DNA of 64,000 bases from Candidatus Woesebacteria bacterium (GCA_040006915.1 JBDTWD010000004.1:65033-129032); one strand, 5' to 3'; positions 50,118 to 60,801 are shown, numbered from the stretch's first letter. Numbers and translations: made by a program. Notes: a model not told the origin generated them from the letters alone.

Positions 50118-52316
50118 ATGTCAAATCCTATAGTATCAGTTGTCATTCCTGTATATAACGAAGCCCGTACAATCTCAAGCCTTCTTTCCCGTTTAAACCA
50201 GACTCTGGTTAACAATCATGTAGAGTATGAAGTGATCATTATTGACGATCACTCTACTGATCAAACACTGGATATTCTTGAGCCATTGCGAAGCCTGTAT
50301 CCGCTTTCTGTCTACCAAAAAGCGACGAATGATATCAAAGGCAAAGGATATTCACTGCTTGCGGGCTTTAAACAATCCAAAGGTGAAATCATCGTCATGA
50401 TCGATGCGGATCTTCAATATCCACCAGAAGCTATTCCCTTGATGCTCGCCAGAATACAGTCTGGAGCAGATCTGGTTGTCGCCGATCGGACGACAAAAAA
50501 AACAACGCTTACTCGGCGCTTTACTGGATATGTTTTCCAAACAATCTTTGCCCAAATGCTTCATGGTATGAAAGTTGATACCCAGTCAGGCTTAAAAGCC
50601 TTTCGGAAAGAACTTCTCTCTCGGATTACCTTACAACCGCATCCTTTTTCCTTTGATCTAGAACTGGTGAGCAAAACCCAACAGGCTGGCTACACAATTG
50701 CGACGGTTCCGATTGTGTTTGAAAAACGCCAAGGAAAATCTCGATTAAATTTAGTTCACGCCAGTTACCAGATTGGTAAAAGAGCGCTATCACTCAAAGC
50801 TCAAAATCCAGAAGTATTTCCATTTTTGCCGGAAATGATCGCCAAAGAAGGACACGGGTTTCACTTTCAAGGGAATAAATACATTCCACATAACCGTCTC
50901 CCTTCACGTGAGACAGCCCTCTATCGGTTCGCTCGGAATCAAAAAGTATTCTTAGCCATCTTCGGACTTTTCTTAATTGTGAGTTTGTTTTTCTACTGGC
51001 ATACGACACTGACCGTGGTCATTGCGGTGCTCACAGTTTTATACTTTTCCGATTTGCTCTTTAACTTGTATTTAATTTACCGTGGGTTTACCAACCCTCC
51101 AGAGATTAAAGTCAGTGAAAGCGAAATTGCCGAGATTCCAGAAAGTTTGTGGCCTAGCTATACCATTTTTTGCCCTCTGTATAAAGAGCCTGAAGTTATT
51201 CCTCAATTTGTTCGGGCAATGAGTAATCTTGATTATCCCCAAGAGAAATTACAAATCATGTTGCTTTTAGAGGAAGACGATACAGAAACAATTCAGAAAG
51301 CTCGAAACATGATGCTGCCAGATTGTTTTGAAATTGTAGTCGTCCCTCATTCTTTGCCAAAGACCAAACCAAAAGCTTGTAATTACGGACTACTGCACGC
51401 ACGGGGCGAACTCTGTGTAATTTATGATGCGGAAGATGTTCCGGACCCAGATCAATTGAAAAAAGCCGCATTAGCTTTTCGCAAGAGTCCAAAAAACATT
51501 GCCTGTATCCAAGCCAGACTTAATTTCTACAACCCCCATCAGAATATTCTGACTCGAGCCTTTACTGCTGAATATTCACTGTGGTTTGATTTGGTCCTCA
51601 CAGGATTACAGTCTATCAATGCTCCTATCCCATTAGGAGGCACCTCTAATCACTTCAGAACCCAACAGCTACGAGACTTACATGGATGGGACGCATTCAA
51701 CGTCACAGAAGATTGTGATCTTGGCATCCGTTTGATCAAGCGTGGCTTTCATACCAGCGTGCTTGATTCGACAACCCTAGAAGAAGCCAACAGTGATCTA
51801 GCTAATTGGTTTAGTCAGCGCTCTCGTTGGATCAAAGGCTACATGCAGACCTATTTGGTGCATATGCGTAGGCCAGGTGAATTTATGAAGCAGTGGGATG
51901 AACCGCACGTCATTACCTTTCAGTTAGTCGTTGGCGGAAAAATTCTTTCGATGCTTATTAATCCCCTTATGTGGGTTTTAACGATCGCATATTTCTTGTT
52001 TCGACCAATTATTGGTCCAGCCATCGAATCGTTTTATCCTGCCGCGGTGTTATATATGGCGGTATTCTCGTTAGTTTTTGGAAACTTCTTGTATGCCTAT
52101 TACTACATGGTGGGATGTGCGAGACGCAATCATGATGAACTCATCAAATTTGTGTTCTTGGTCCCTCTCTATTGGTTAGCTATGAGCTTTGCTGCTTGGA
52201 AAGCTATTCGAGAGTTGATTGTCAGACCCCATCACTGGGCTAAAACCAAACATGGATTACATTTGACCAACAGAAAAGGTTTGGAACAAACCCAAGCATC
52301 GATTGGACTGGTATGA
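50118..52316 (+). CDS. Fused glycosyltransferase: DPM-like GT2 plus processive CESA-like GT2
   Basis: N: IPVYNE, DDHSTD, DADLQYPP, DTQSGLK; C: PLYKE, TKPKACN, YDAED, VTED, QRSRW, TMs. Confidence 0.85.
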   Translation: MSNPIVSVVIPVYNEARTISSLLSRLNQTLVNNHVEYEVIIIDDHSTDQTLDILEPLRSLYPLSVYQKATNDIKGKGYSLLAGFKQSKGEIIVMIDADLQYPPEAIPLMLARIQSGADLVVADRTTKKTTLTRRFTGYVFQTIFAQMLHGMKVDTQSGLKAFRKELLSRITLQPHPFSFDLELVSKTQQAGYTIATVPIVFEKRQGKSRLNLVHASYQIGKRALSLKAQNPEVFPFLPEMIAKEGHGFHFQGNKYIPHNRLPSRETALYRFARNQKVFLAIFGLFLIVSLFFYWHTTLTVVIAVLTVLYFSDLLFNLYLIYRGFTNPPEIKVSESEIAEIPESLWPSYTIFCPLYKEPEVIPQFVRAMSNLDYPQEKLQIMLLLEEDDTETIQKARNMMLPDCFEIVVVPHSLPKTKPKACNYGLLHARGELCVIYDAEDVPDPDQLKKAALAFRKSPKNIACIQARLNFYNPHQNILTRAFTAEYSLWFDLVLTGLQSINAPIPLGGTSNHFRTQQLRDLHGWDAFNVTEDCDLGIRLIKRGFHTSVLDSTTLEEANSDLANWFSQRSRWIKGYMQTYLVHMRRPGEFMKQWDEPHVITFQLVVGGKILSMLINPLMWVLTIAYFLFRPIIGPAIESFYPAAVLYMAVFSLVFGNFLYAYYYMVGCARRNHDELIKFVFLVPLYWLAMSFAAWKAIRELIVRPHHWAKTKHGLHLTNRKGLEQTQASIGLV

Positions 52317-53554
52317 AAATTCCACGCAGACACATCATCAACGGTGGTTTTTTATTGGGAGCAGTCATTGGATCAAATTTTTTGAATTTTCTCTTTAATG
52401 CGCTTCTAGGACGCTGGCTTTCTTTTGCGGATTTTGGACTTGTAACATTGATCCTTACCTTTTATTCGATTTCCTCTATTTTTACAAACGCACTTGCTTC
52501 AACCATAAATTTTGCTATATCTAAGCTTGACCGAGACAATAGAAAGAAAGATCAACCTGAATTTTTACGTCAGGTCTTGCGAAAAAGTGTACTTCCGCTC
52601 GTTATTACATCAGCTCTCTGGGTTATTGCGACCCCTATTCTTATGGAATTTTTTCAAGTAAGTTCTCCCTTTCCCTTCTTGACGTTTATTCCCATAGTGA
52701 TTTTCTCGGTCTTTGTATACGCTCTTATTGGCTATTACCAGGGAAGACTAGAATTTTTCTCTACAAGCATTGTAATGTTGAGTGAACCAATTACAAAGGT
52801 GCTCAGCGGCGTAGCGTTAGCTATTCTCGGATTTGGAACTTTTGTATATACCTCGATTCCATTTTCTTTGTTAATAGCCGCCGTAGTTGGATTTTTTGTT
52901 AGATCTTTCCATCAAAGAAAAAAAATTGTAACGGAAAGAAGAGAACAACGTTTTCCGACGCAATTTTTTGTAACATCGTCGGTCATCGGAATTGGAAGCA
53001 CACTTTTTTTCACCGTTGATCTTTTACTTGTAAGACATTTCTTTAGCCCAGAATTAAGTGGTCAGTACTCTCTTATTTCTCTCATCGGGAAAATGATGTT
53101 CTTCTTCAGCATTCTCTTAAACATCTTTACTTTGCCTGTTGTTACTAGAAGTAAAGGCAAAGATAAAAAAAATCAACTTTTCTTGCTTCTTTTCAGTGGA
53201 ACATTCATTTTAGTTCTTTTTGCTTGGCTATCTTTAGGTGTTTTTGGAAATATTACAGTTCCACTATTATTAGGTCAAAAATCGCTTTCAATTCTTTCTG
53301 TGCTTCCAGTGTATTCACTTGGAATCGGACTTTATGCGCTTTCTAGTGTAATTGCTTCCTTTCACCTAGCTCATCAAGAATATATATTTAGCTACCCCCT
53401 GACAGGGGCAGGTGTTTTAGCTGGATTACTTATTTTAGTACGTCATTCAGACTTCTCACAGATTACTTATAACATCGCGTTTACATGTTTCTTACTTCTG
53501 ACCTGCTTAATACTGATGCACATCTTCTATAAAGGAAAAGAACAGAAACTTTAA
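52313..53554 (+). CDS. Oligosaccharide flippase (Wzx/MOP-like)
   Basis: About 12 TM; LGRWLS.ADFG, GYYQG, DLLLVRHFF...GQY. Confidence 0.75.
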   Translation: MKIPRRHIINGGFLLGAVIGSNFLNFLFNALLGRWLSFADFGLVTLILTFYSISSIFTNALASTINFAISKLDRDNRKKDQPEFLRQVLRKSVLPLVITSALWVIATPILMEFFQVSSPFPFLTFIPIVIFSVFVYALIGYYQGRLEFFSTSIVMLSEPITKVLSGVALAILGFGTFVYTSIPFSLLIAAVVGFFVRSFHQRKKIVTERREQRFPTQFFVTSSVIGIGSTLFFTVDLLLVRHFFSPELSGQYSLISLIGKMMFFFSILLNIFTLPVVTRSKGKDKKNQLFLLLFSGTFILVLFAWLSLGVFGNITVPLLLGQKSLSILSVLPVYSLGIGLYALSSVIASFHLAHQEYIFSYPLTGAGVLAGLLILVRHSDFSQITYNIAFTCFLLLTCLILMHIFYKGKEQKL

Positions 53555-53555
53555 A

Positions 53556-54500
53556 ATGATAATACAATCCATTAACAATCCCTCCAAACACAAAACTGTC
53601 ACAGTTGGCATCCCAGCTTTTAATGAAGAAAACAATATCGGGGAAATAATCACCAGAATCCTTTCACAAAAACAGGATGGGTTTGTTATTGAAAAAATAA
53701 TCATCGATTCTGATGGGAGTACGGACGGAACGGTTGGGATAGCGAATCAGTATGCCGATAAAGGTGTAGAGGTCATAGATGGAAAAACGAATAGAGGATG
53801 TAACTACAGGCAAAATGAGATCATTTCTAAAGCAACTTCAGACGCATTGGTTTTAATGAACTGTGATATTTTGCTGGGTAATAATAATGTTATTTCCGCT
53901 CTAGTTCAGCCAATACTAAATGGTGAAGCAGATCTGACAGCTCAATGGGCTAAACCCTTGCCACCACGTACTTTACTTGAGCAAATTTTGGTAGTTGGTT
54001 TCGATCTAAAATTTAATATATACACTCGACATAAAAATGGTGAAAATCTATATACATGTGTAGGACACATGAGGGCTTTATCAAAAAAGTTCTATTCTAA
54101 AATCCAATTTCCATTAGTCTCAGAAGGTGAAGATCAGTATCTATACTTAGCATGCAAAGCGAGCGGCTATAAATACAAACACGCGTTGAAAGCCCTTGCT
54201 TTCTTCAGACTTCCCAGCACGTGGAGCGATTATTTACCGTACGCTAAACGTATTTTTCAAACTCAAAAAAGACATCAGGATATTTTTGATGATGACCTTT
54301 TATCAGAAGAACGATTTTTGCCTCTGATCACTCAGATTAGAGGTTGTATTTCAGCCTTAATTAAACATCCACTACAAACACCTCTTTATATTTTATTGCA
54401 CACCGCAGTTCAGAGATGGGCTCTCATGCAGTCTGTAAACTTTGATCATACATATGAGATTTCAGTCAGCACAAAAGAACAACTATCTTCAGAAACTTAA
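53556..54500 (+). CDS. GT2 glycosyltransferase
   Basis: GIPAFNEE, SDGSTDGT, NCD, ED. Confidence 0.82.
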   Translation: MIIQSINNPSKHKTVTVGIPAFNEENNIGEIITRILSQKQDGFVIEKIIIDSDGSTDGTVGIANQYADKGVEVIDGKTNRGCNYRQNEIISKATSDALVLMNCDILLGNNNVISALVQPILNGEADLTAQWAKPLPPRTLLEQILVVGFDLKFNIYTRHKNGENLYTCVGHMRALSKKFYSKIQFPLVSEGEDQYLYLACKASGYKYKHALKALAFFRLPSTWSDYLPYAKRIFQTQKRHQDIFDDDLLSEERFLPLITQIRGCISALIKHPLQTPLYILLHTAVQRWALMQSVNFDHTYEISVSTKEQLSSET

Positions 54501-54502
54501 AT

Positions 54503-55552
54503 ATGAACCGCACAGAAAATCTCAAGTCTTTGGAGAAACTGTTGTATGTGAATCTTAAAAAAGAGATCGGAAATAGCACCGTCGTTTTACTCGATGTACC
54601 GAACTACTATAATCCTGGAGACCAACTGATTTGGGAAGGTGAAGTCCAACTGCTTAAAAAACTTGATAAGCAAATACGATACACCGCGTCAGCCCTTTTC
54701 TTTAATCCCAGTGTCGTCTCAGATGAAGACTGTATTCTATTGCACGGTGGAGGGAACTTTGGAGATCTTTATCCTATGAATCAAAACTTTAGAGAAATGA
54801 TCGTCGAGAAATTTCCAAAAAATAAAATAATCGTGTTACCTGAAACAATTCATTTCTCGAACGAAAAACTGCTTAAAAAGTGTGCTAAATTATTTTCAAA
54901 AAACTCTAATGTTATCATCTGTGCCAGGGATAAAAAATCTTTTACCCTTCTCGAAAAACATTTTTTGAAGAGCAAACATTTACTACTTCCCGACATGGCA
55001 TTCTCTATTAAGAGTATTATTCCGGAAACAAAAAATCATCGACAAGAAAAAGTTCTCTTTTTATCTAGAACTGATGGTGAAATCAAAAAGAGCGTTGATA
55101 AAAACTCTTTGGGATTTATTAAAGAACTCGATATATCCGATTGGCCATCGTATCAGTATGGGGCTGTTGCGCTTTTGATTCGAATTTTTATTCGATATAT
55201 AAATAGAGCTCTTCTACAAGTGTTGAAGTTCCTTGGATTACATTGGAATAAAGAACACGATGCGCTGGGCCTTATTAAATATCATACAAAAGAAAGACAG
55301 ATTCAAAGCGGAATGAAGATGATTTCAGAATATAGGCTGGTTATTACCTCCAGATTACATGGACACATTCTCGCGTGCCTCATGGGTATACCCAATATCA
55401 TCTTGGATAATAGTTACGGGAAAAATAGGAATTTTTTTGAGACCTGGATGGTTCCAAATGCGTTTAACTCATACTACGCAGATTCTCCAGAAGCAGTGCG
55501 AAAAATTATTGCAGAAAAATTCCCTACTATTAAGATAGCACCTCATCAATGA
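54503..55552 (+). CDS. Polysaccharide pyruvyl transferase
   Basis: NPGDQLI, HGGGNFGDLY, ARDKKS, PDMAF, TSRLHGHI, DNSYGK. Confidence 0.88.
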   Translation: MNRTENLKSLEKLLYVNLKKEIGNSTVVLLDVPNYYNPGDQLIWEGEVQLLKKLDKQIRYTASALFFNPSVVSDEDCILLHGGGNFGDLYPMNQNFREMIVEKFPKNKIIVLPETIHFSNEKLLKKCAKLFSKNSNVIICARDKKSFTLLEKHFLKSKHLLLPDMAFSIKSIIPETKNHRQEKVLFLSRTDGEIKKSVDKNSLGFIKELDISDWPSYQYGAVALLIRIFIRYINRALLQVLKFLGLHWNKEHDALGLIKYHTKERQIQSGMKMISEYRLVITSRLHGHILACLMGIPNIILDNSYGKNRNFFETWMVPNAFNSYYADSPEAVRKIIAEKFPTIKIAPHQ

Positions 55553-56376
55553 AAGAAAAAACAAATAAAAAACTAGTTTCAATCTTAATATCGACATATA
55601 ATGACTCTCTCTTCATAAAAGAGACAATCAGTTCAGTCCAAAATCAAAAATACACGAATTGGGAACTAATTATTATTGATGACGCGTCGACGGATAATGC
55701 AGCCGAAATTATAAAAACTATTTCCGAACAAGATAAACGAATACTTTTCTATCAGAATAAAAGTAATAAAGGACTGATTGCCAACTTGAATCTTGGGGCG
55801 GAGATGGCGAAGGGTGAATATATTGCACGAATCGATGGTGATGATGTATGGGTCGATCGCGATAAAATCGGAAAACAAGTGAATCTTTTAGATGGAAATA
55901 AAGAATTGACACTGATCGGAACTTGGGCAAACAGAATCGATTCGATAGGAAATTTTTTAAGTACAGTGAAATATCCTATTGTTGAGGCTGATATACGAAA
56001 CTACTTGGCTATCGAAAATTGTTTTATCAACAGCAGCGTGATGTTTACGAAGAGTGCTTTTCAGCTGGCACACGGTTATGAAAAACAATTTCTTTACTGT
56101 GAGGACTACACTTTATGGCTAAAAATGGGGAACTTAGGAAAGCTAGCAAATATACCTGAATTCATGGTTAGTTATAGAATAAATCCGAATGGAATTAGTA
56201 ATACTAAATATCGAGCCCAAATTGAAAACACGATAAGGACTTTAAAAAAATATGGAACAGAATATCCAAATTACACCTATGGACTATTTCTTTGGTATAT
56301 AAGAAATGTTTTGCCAAAATCAATTAGAGAAAATCTGTCAAAGATTGTTAGAGAAACCTTATTCTTTGCAAAATAA
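55549..56376 (+). CDS. GT2 glycosyltransferase
   Basis: STYN, IDDASTD, IARIDGDD, EDY.LW. Confidence 0.85.
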   Translation: MKEKTNKKLVSILISTYNDSLFIKETISSVQNQKYTNWELIIIDDASTDNAAEIIKTISEQDKRILFYQNKSNKGLIANLNLGAEMAKGEYIARIDGDDVWVDRDKIGKQVNLLDGNKELTLIGTWANRIDSIGNFLSTVKYPIVEADIRNYLAIENCFINSSVMFTKSAFQLAHGYEKQFLYCEDYTLWLKMGNLGKLANIPEFMVSYRINPNGISNTKYRAQIENTIRTLKKYGTEYPNYTYGLFLWYIRNVLPKSIRENLSKIVRETLFFAK

Positions 56377-56390
56377 TTTTTATTAGCTCT

Positions 56391-56888
56391 ATGCTTCATG
56401 TTCTTCGTATTCTTCATATTAAAATGAATCAGGCGCTATATCACCTCCGTGGCGATTTTTGGCGTTTGTTTCTTCACTCGTGTGGCGAAAATGTAAAGAT
56501 CATGGATCGTGTCAGAATTAACACTCCAAAAAATATTTCTATTGGAAATAACATTTTTATCCATCACGACTCAGAACTAGATGCTTCTCGAGCAAAAATC
56601 ACAATTGGAAATGACGTTTCAATAGGAATGGGAGCTCTTATTTTGACCTTCAATCATATTTATTCTTCAAAAAAAATCCCTATTTCTAGGCAAGGTACGA
56701 TTGGAAAAGAGGTAAAAATAGAGAATAATGTTTGGATAGGTGCTCGATCGATTATTCTTTCAGGAGTCACCATTCATTCAGGGTCTATCATTGGTGCAGG
56801 TGCAGTGGTTACGAAAGACGTTGCACCGTATACTGTAGTAGGTGGTGTTCCCGCGAAATTTATTAAATCGAGACTATCAAGAAAATAA
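56391..56888 (+). CDS. Hexapeptide-repeat O-acetyltransferase
   Basis: VWIGA..IILSGVTI..GSIIGAGAVVTKDV...VGGVPAK. Confidence 0.88.
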   Translation: MLHVLRILHIKMNQALYHLRGDFWRLFLHSCGENVKIMDRVRINTPKNISIGNNIFIHHDSELDASRAKITIGNDVSIGMGALILTFNHIYSSKKIPISRQGTIGKEVKIENNVWIGARSIILSGVTIHSGSIIGAGAVVTKDVAPYTVVGGVPAKFIKSRLSRK

Positions 56889-56898
56889 AACTGAAAAT

Positions 56899-58506
56899 AT
56901 GTTTAATGATTACCTGAAAAGAATGAAAGCGAACGAATATACCCTTCCGGTGATGATTTTTTTGTGCATCCTAAGTTTTAGCGCGCTCAACTTCTATTTC
57001 AGCAGACATTTGAACCTCCCATATGCTGACTCCATATCACGTCTTGATATCGCAAGAAAAGTTATCGACAATATTAATCCTGGACTGGCTCAGCTTGGAA
57101 GCGTGTGGTTACCGTTACCCCAACTTCTCATGTTGCCTTTTATCTGGAATGATTACATGTGGCATAGTGGACTCGCTGGGGCTTTGATGTCCATGCCAGC
57201 ATTTATCATAGGTGGATACTATCTCTACAAATCTGCATATCTCATTAGTAAGTCTTTTGTCCCCTCTTTCTTTGCTCTTTGTATTTACGCTCTAAATATA
57301 AACGCACTCTATCTCCAAACGACGGCTATGTCTGAATCTTTATTTCTTTGTTTCATGGCCGCAGTAGTTTATTACTTTTTAAAGTGGGTCAATACGAACC
57401 AAAGACGTTACCTCTTATTTGCTGGTATTGCTGTAACAGGTGTGACCTTAATTCGCTATGAAGGTCTAGCCTTACTACTAGCATCAACTGCTATGGTCGC
57501 TCTCTATATGGTAGCTACCTATAAAAAATATAAAAAGATTGAAGGAACGCTAATCCTCTACTGTTGCATAGCTTTTTTTGGCTTTGCTCTATGGACACTT
57601 TATCTGACGGCAATTTTTGGCGACCCACTTTTCTGGCTTAAATTTTACGCATCGGCAGAGAAAACAGTCGACACAAATACTTCAACAGTGGTGGCACACT
57701 ATTCCCAAGCAAAACCATTCATGGCAGCTGTCTGGCAATATTTCACTTCTGTCACTTGGATGTCGGGGATCATTCCTATAATTTATTCAATCTTTGGATT
57801 AATAATAGGGACTATTATCTCCATTCAAAAAAGATCGTGGAATATTATTGTCTTACTTCTGCCTTTCTCTATTTTTTTACTTATGGTTCTCACTCTTCAG
57901 CGCAATACTCCAATTGTTCAACCAGATCTAACTGTTGCTAATATTCTTTCTACAACAACTAGTCTCGAAACTGGATTTAATATCCGTTACGGGATAATGC
58001 TTCTTCCCTGGGTGGCTCTCCTTACAGTTTACGTATTTAATCTCAAAAAACCGTGGTATATCCCAACAATATTATTTTTTGTTTTATTCAGCTTTCAGAT
58101 CTACAACACATATTTTCCGGAGGTGACTGCAATTTATGAAGTCACCAAAGGAATGAAACCCAAACCCGACCAGGAGATGGTGAACTGGATGAAGAAAAAT
58201 TATGACGGTGGCTATATCATGATGAGTGCTTCAGGCTTTGAGGATCAAATGTTTACATTAGGTTTTCCCTATCGCACGTATATCCATGATGGGGCTGGAA
58301 AGTACTGGACAGAGGCATTGGACAGGCCCGCACGATATGCTAACTGGATCATTATTGATTTCAATCGACCTTCAGACACACTAGCTAAAATATTAAAGGA
58401 TAAAAAGTATTGGTCTTGGGACTATAACCTTGTGTGGGATGAAAAGGGGAGTAGTGTTAAAATATATAAGATCAAAAATCGACCCGATATCATTATCCCC
58501 AATTAA
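56899..58506 (+). CDS. GT-C (GT39-like) membrane glycosyltransferase
   Basis: YADSISRL.IAR, QLGSVWLPLPQLL, YLQTTAMSE, RYEG, FNIRYG; start 56899 approximate. Confidence 0.7.
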   Translation: MFNDYLKRMKANEYTLPVMIFLCILSFSALNFYFSRHLNLPYADSISRLDIARKVIDNINPGLAQLGSVWLPLPQLLMLPFIWNDYMWHSGLAGALMSMPAFIIGGYYLYKSAYLISKSFVPSFFALCIYALNINALYLQTTAMSESLFLCFMAAVVYYFLKWVNTNQRRYLLFAGIAVTGVTLIRYEGLALLLASTAMVALYMVATYKKYKKIEGTLILYCCIAFFGFALWTLYLTAIFGDPLFWLKFYASAEKTVDTNTSTVVAHYSQAKPFMAAVWQYFTSVTWMSGIIPIIYSIFGLIIGTIISIQKRSWNIIVLLLPFSIFLLMVLTLQRNTPIVQPDLTVANILSTTTSLETGFNIRYGIMLLPWVALLTVYVFNLKKPWYIPTILFFVLFSFQIYNTYFPEVTAIYEVTKGMKPKPDQEMVNWMKKNYDGGYIMMSASGFEDQMFTLGFPYRTYIHDGAGKYWTEALDRPARYANWIIIDFNRPSDTLAKILKDKKYWSWDYNLVWDEKGSSVKIYKIKNRPDIIIPN

Positions 58507-58542
58507 ATAAAGTCGTTAATACAGATGGTACACTGACTATTA

Positions 58543-59808
58543 ATGTCCAAGTCACGCATACAAAAACCATCACCAAATTCTCCAGCTCATTTGATTACTA
58601 TCCTCTTTGTATTGATGGTAGCTGCCCTTCTTCTTTTAACACAGAGATTCATCTCCGCAAAAAAAAATGAAGTGATGCCTTCTCCCAGCGTTCAGGGAAT
58701 CGTGAATACTCCATATATAAGTGCGAATGGCACGAAACTGTATGTAAATGGAGAGCAGTATCAATTCACTGGTGTCAATGCATTTCATTTGGGATCATTG
58801 AGTGGTACTAATGCGGGATGTGGTGGAGAAGAAAAAGATTTAACGAAATTTTTCTCCACCCTTCGACTAAATTCAGTTGTCCGCACCTGGGCATTTCAGG
58901 GTGGAATAGCGACCAATGTACAAACCAAACAAACAGATTGGAGTGGACTTGACCGAGTGGTTCAAGCTGCTTCTCAAAGTGGGATCAAACTTATTCTCAC
59001 ATTAGGAGAGCAGGCGGGGACTTGTGATGATGGGCGTTGGAAAGATCGATCCTGGTATGAAAGCGGTTTTGCACAAATACAAAGTGATCTCAAAAATGGA
59101 TTGACTCCCCTTTCCTATCTTGATTATGTTCGACAAGTTGTTAGTCGATATAAAGACTCAACTGCGATTGCCATGTGGGAGCCGATCAATGAACCGATTG
59201 CTGCTGACTGTACGGGAGCGAAGGGAACGTCGTGTTTTGCCAAACAAACCTGTACTGATGAGGCAGCTGCTACCAAAGCTTTGCGTCACTTTTTTGACAC
59301 CGTAGGCGGAGCGATTAAAACTATTGATAAAAATCATTTAGTCAGCTCTGGGGTCATTGGTGACGGTCAATGTGGAGCAATTTATGAAGATTATGCATAC
59401 ATTCATCAAAGCCCAGGGATCGATGTCGCGAGTTACCACGATTATGGAAGAGAAACACAAGCTATGCCAGGCGATCAATGGAATGGGTTACAAAAACGAT
59501 TGACTCAAATGAAACAAATTGGGAAACCTCTTATAGTTGGAGAAGTTGGAATGCTTGCGATGGATAACTCAAAACAATGCATGAGCTATATAGAACGGAG
59601 AGATCTGTTAAAAGCCAAAATGGATGCCCAGTTTGCTGCAGGCATCGCCGGATTTATCCCTTGGGACTTAACGAATAGTACTTCAAAGATTTGTAATTAC
59701 GATATCGTTGCCAACGATCCCACGCAGACACTCCTTCGTGAATATCCGGTTCTAATGGGAGTTGCGACACCAAAACCCACCAAAGCTCCCCTTCCAAAGC
59801 CTCTCTAA
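58543..59808 (+). CDS. GH5 glycoside hydrolase (mannanase-like), membrane anchored
   Basis: FTGVNAF, RTWAFQ, WEPINEP (acid/base), SYHDY, VGEVG (nucleophile); N-terminal TM. Confidence 0.82.
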   Translation: MSKSRIQKPSPNSPAHLITILFVLMVAALLLLTQRFISAKKNEVMPSPSVQGIVNTPYISANGTKLYVNGEQYQFTGVNAFHLGSLSGTNAGCGGEEKDLTKFFSTLRLNSVVRTWAFQGGIATNVQTKQTDWSGLDRVVQAASQSGIKLILTLGEQAGTCDDGRWKDRSWYESGFAQIQSDLKNGLTPLSYLDYVRQVVSRYKDSTAIAMWEPINEPIAADCTGAKGTSCFAKQTCTDEAAATKALRHFFDTVGGAIKTIDKNHLVSSGVIGDGQCGAIYEDYAYIHQSPGIDVASYHDYGRETQAMPGDQWNGLQKRLTQMKQIGKPLIVGEVGMLAMDNSKQCMSYIERRDLLKAKMDAQFAAGIAGFIPWDLTNSTSKICNYDIVANDPTQTLLREYPVLMGVATPKPTKAPLPKPL

Positions 59809-59856
59809 AAGAATTTCCTTACTTCCTACATCTGTAGAATGTGATAGAGTATCGAT

Positions 59857-60801
59857 ATGAGACGTACCATACTGTTTACCTTTCTCCTCGCTACTCCTTT
59901 ATTTTTGGCTGGTTGTAGTCGGTTTCAATCAAAACCTGCTGGTGTAAAAGTGACTTCTAACATCCCAGCAAAAATCAACTTCGATGGAAAAGATGTTGCC
60001 GATACAACGTATCAAGTAGACAAACTGCAACCAAAAAAATACTCAGTTAAACTCACCCCAGCTGACAGCACAGTTTCTGCGTATGAAACAAGTCTTACAC
60101 TGTTTGGTGGGTATGTATCCCAGATTGACTGGTCTTTCGGTAAAACGACTGATGAAAGCAGTGGATTTGTTTTTGAATATGAAGATGCTCGTAACAAAAG
60201 TAAGGCAGAACTCCAACTGACGGCAGTTCCAGATAATGTACCCGTATCTGTTGACGGAAAAAACGCAGGATTTACTCCGCTACTCCTCGACTCATTAGAA
60301 GAAGGCAATCACGATATTAAATTTCAAGCTCCTGGATATACAGATGCCAGTCGTACAATCAAACTTGTCAAAGGCACTCGAACCTTAATGACAACAAAAC
60401 TTGCTAAAACGGCAGTAGCTCCGACACCAGCTCCAGAAGCAACTGCTTCTGCAGATCTAAGCGCTACAGCTTCAGCTACAAAGAGTGCAACTCCAAAACC
60501 GAGTGTCAAACCGACAGCTACCCCAAAAGCGGCATCAACTAGTGCTACGCCAGCAGCAAGCAGTAGTGGTGTGGTTAAAAAATCGACAACTCAAAAACCC
60601 TATGTGGAAATCTTAACGACAGAAACTGGATTCCTACGTGTCAGATCAACAGCTTCTGTTGATGGCACTGAACTTGCAAAGCTGGCGGTCGGTTCGACTG
60701 TCCCCTACGCGAGTGCTTCATCATCAGGTTGGCTCAAAGTCAGCTACGAAGGTGCGAGTACAGGTTGGGTCAGTGGACAGTATGCGAAACTGTTTCAATA
60801 G
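59857..60801 (+). CDS. Lipoprotein with PEGA domains, P/T/A linker and SH3b
   Basis: Lipobox LAGC; VSVDGK..GFTP, G.H.I...APGY; FLRVRS...GWLKV...GWVSGQY. Confidence 0.82.
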   Translation: MRRTILFTFLLATPLFLAGCSRFQSKPAGVKVTSNIPAKINFDGKDVADTTYQVDKLQPKKYSVKLTPADSTVSAYETSLTLFGGYVSQIDWSFGKTTDESSGFVFEYEDARNKSKAELQLTAVPDNVPVSVDGKNAGFTPLLLDSLEEGNHDIKFQAPGYTDASRTIKLVKGTRTLMTTKLAKTAVAPTPAPEATASADLSATASATKSATPKPSVKPTATPKAASTSATPAASSSGVVKKSTTQKPYVEILTTETGFLRVRSTASVDGTELAKLAVGSTVPYASASSSGWLKVSYEGASTGWVSGQYAKLFQ

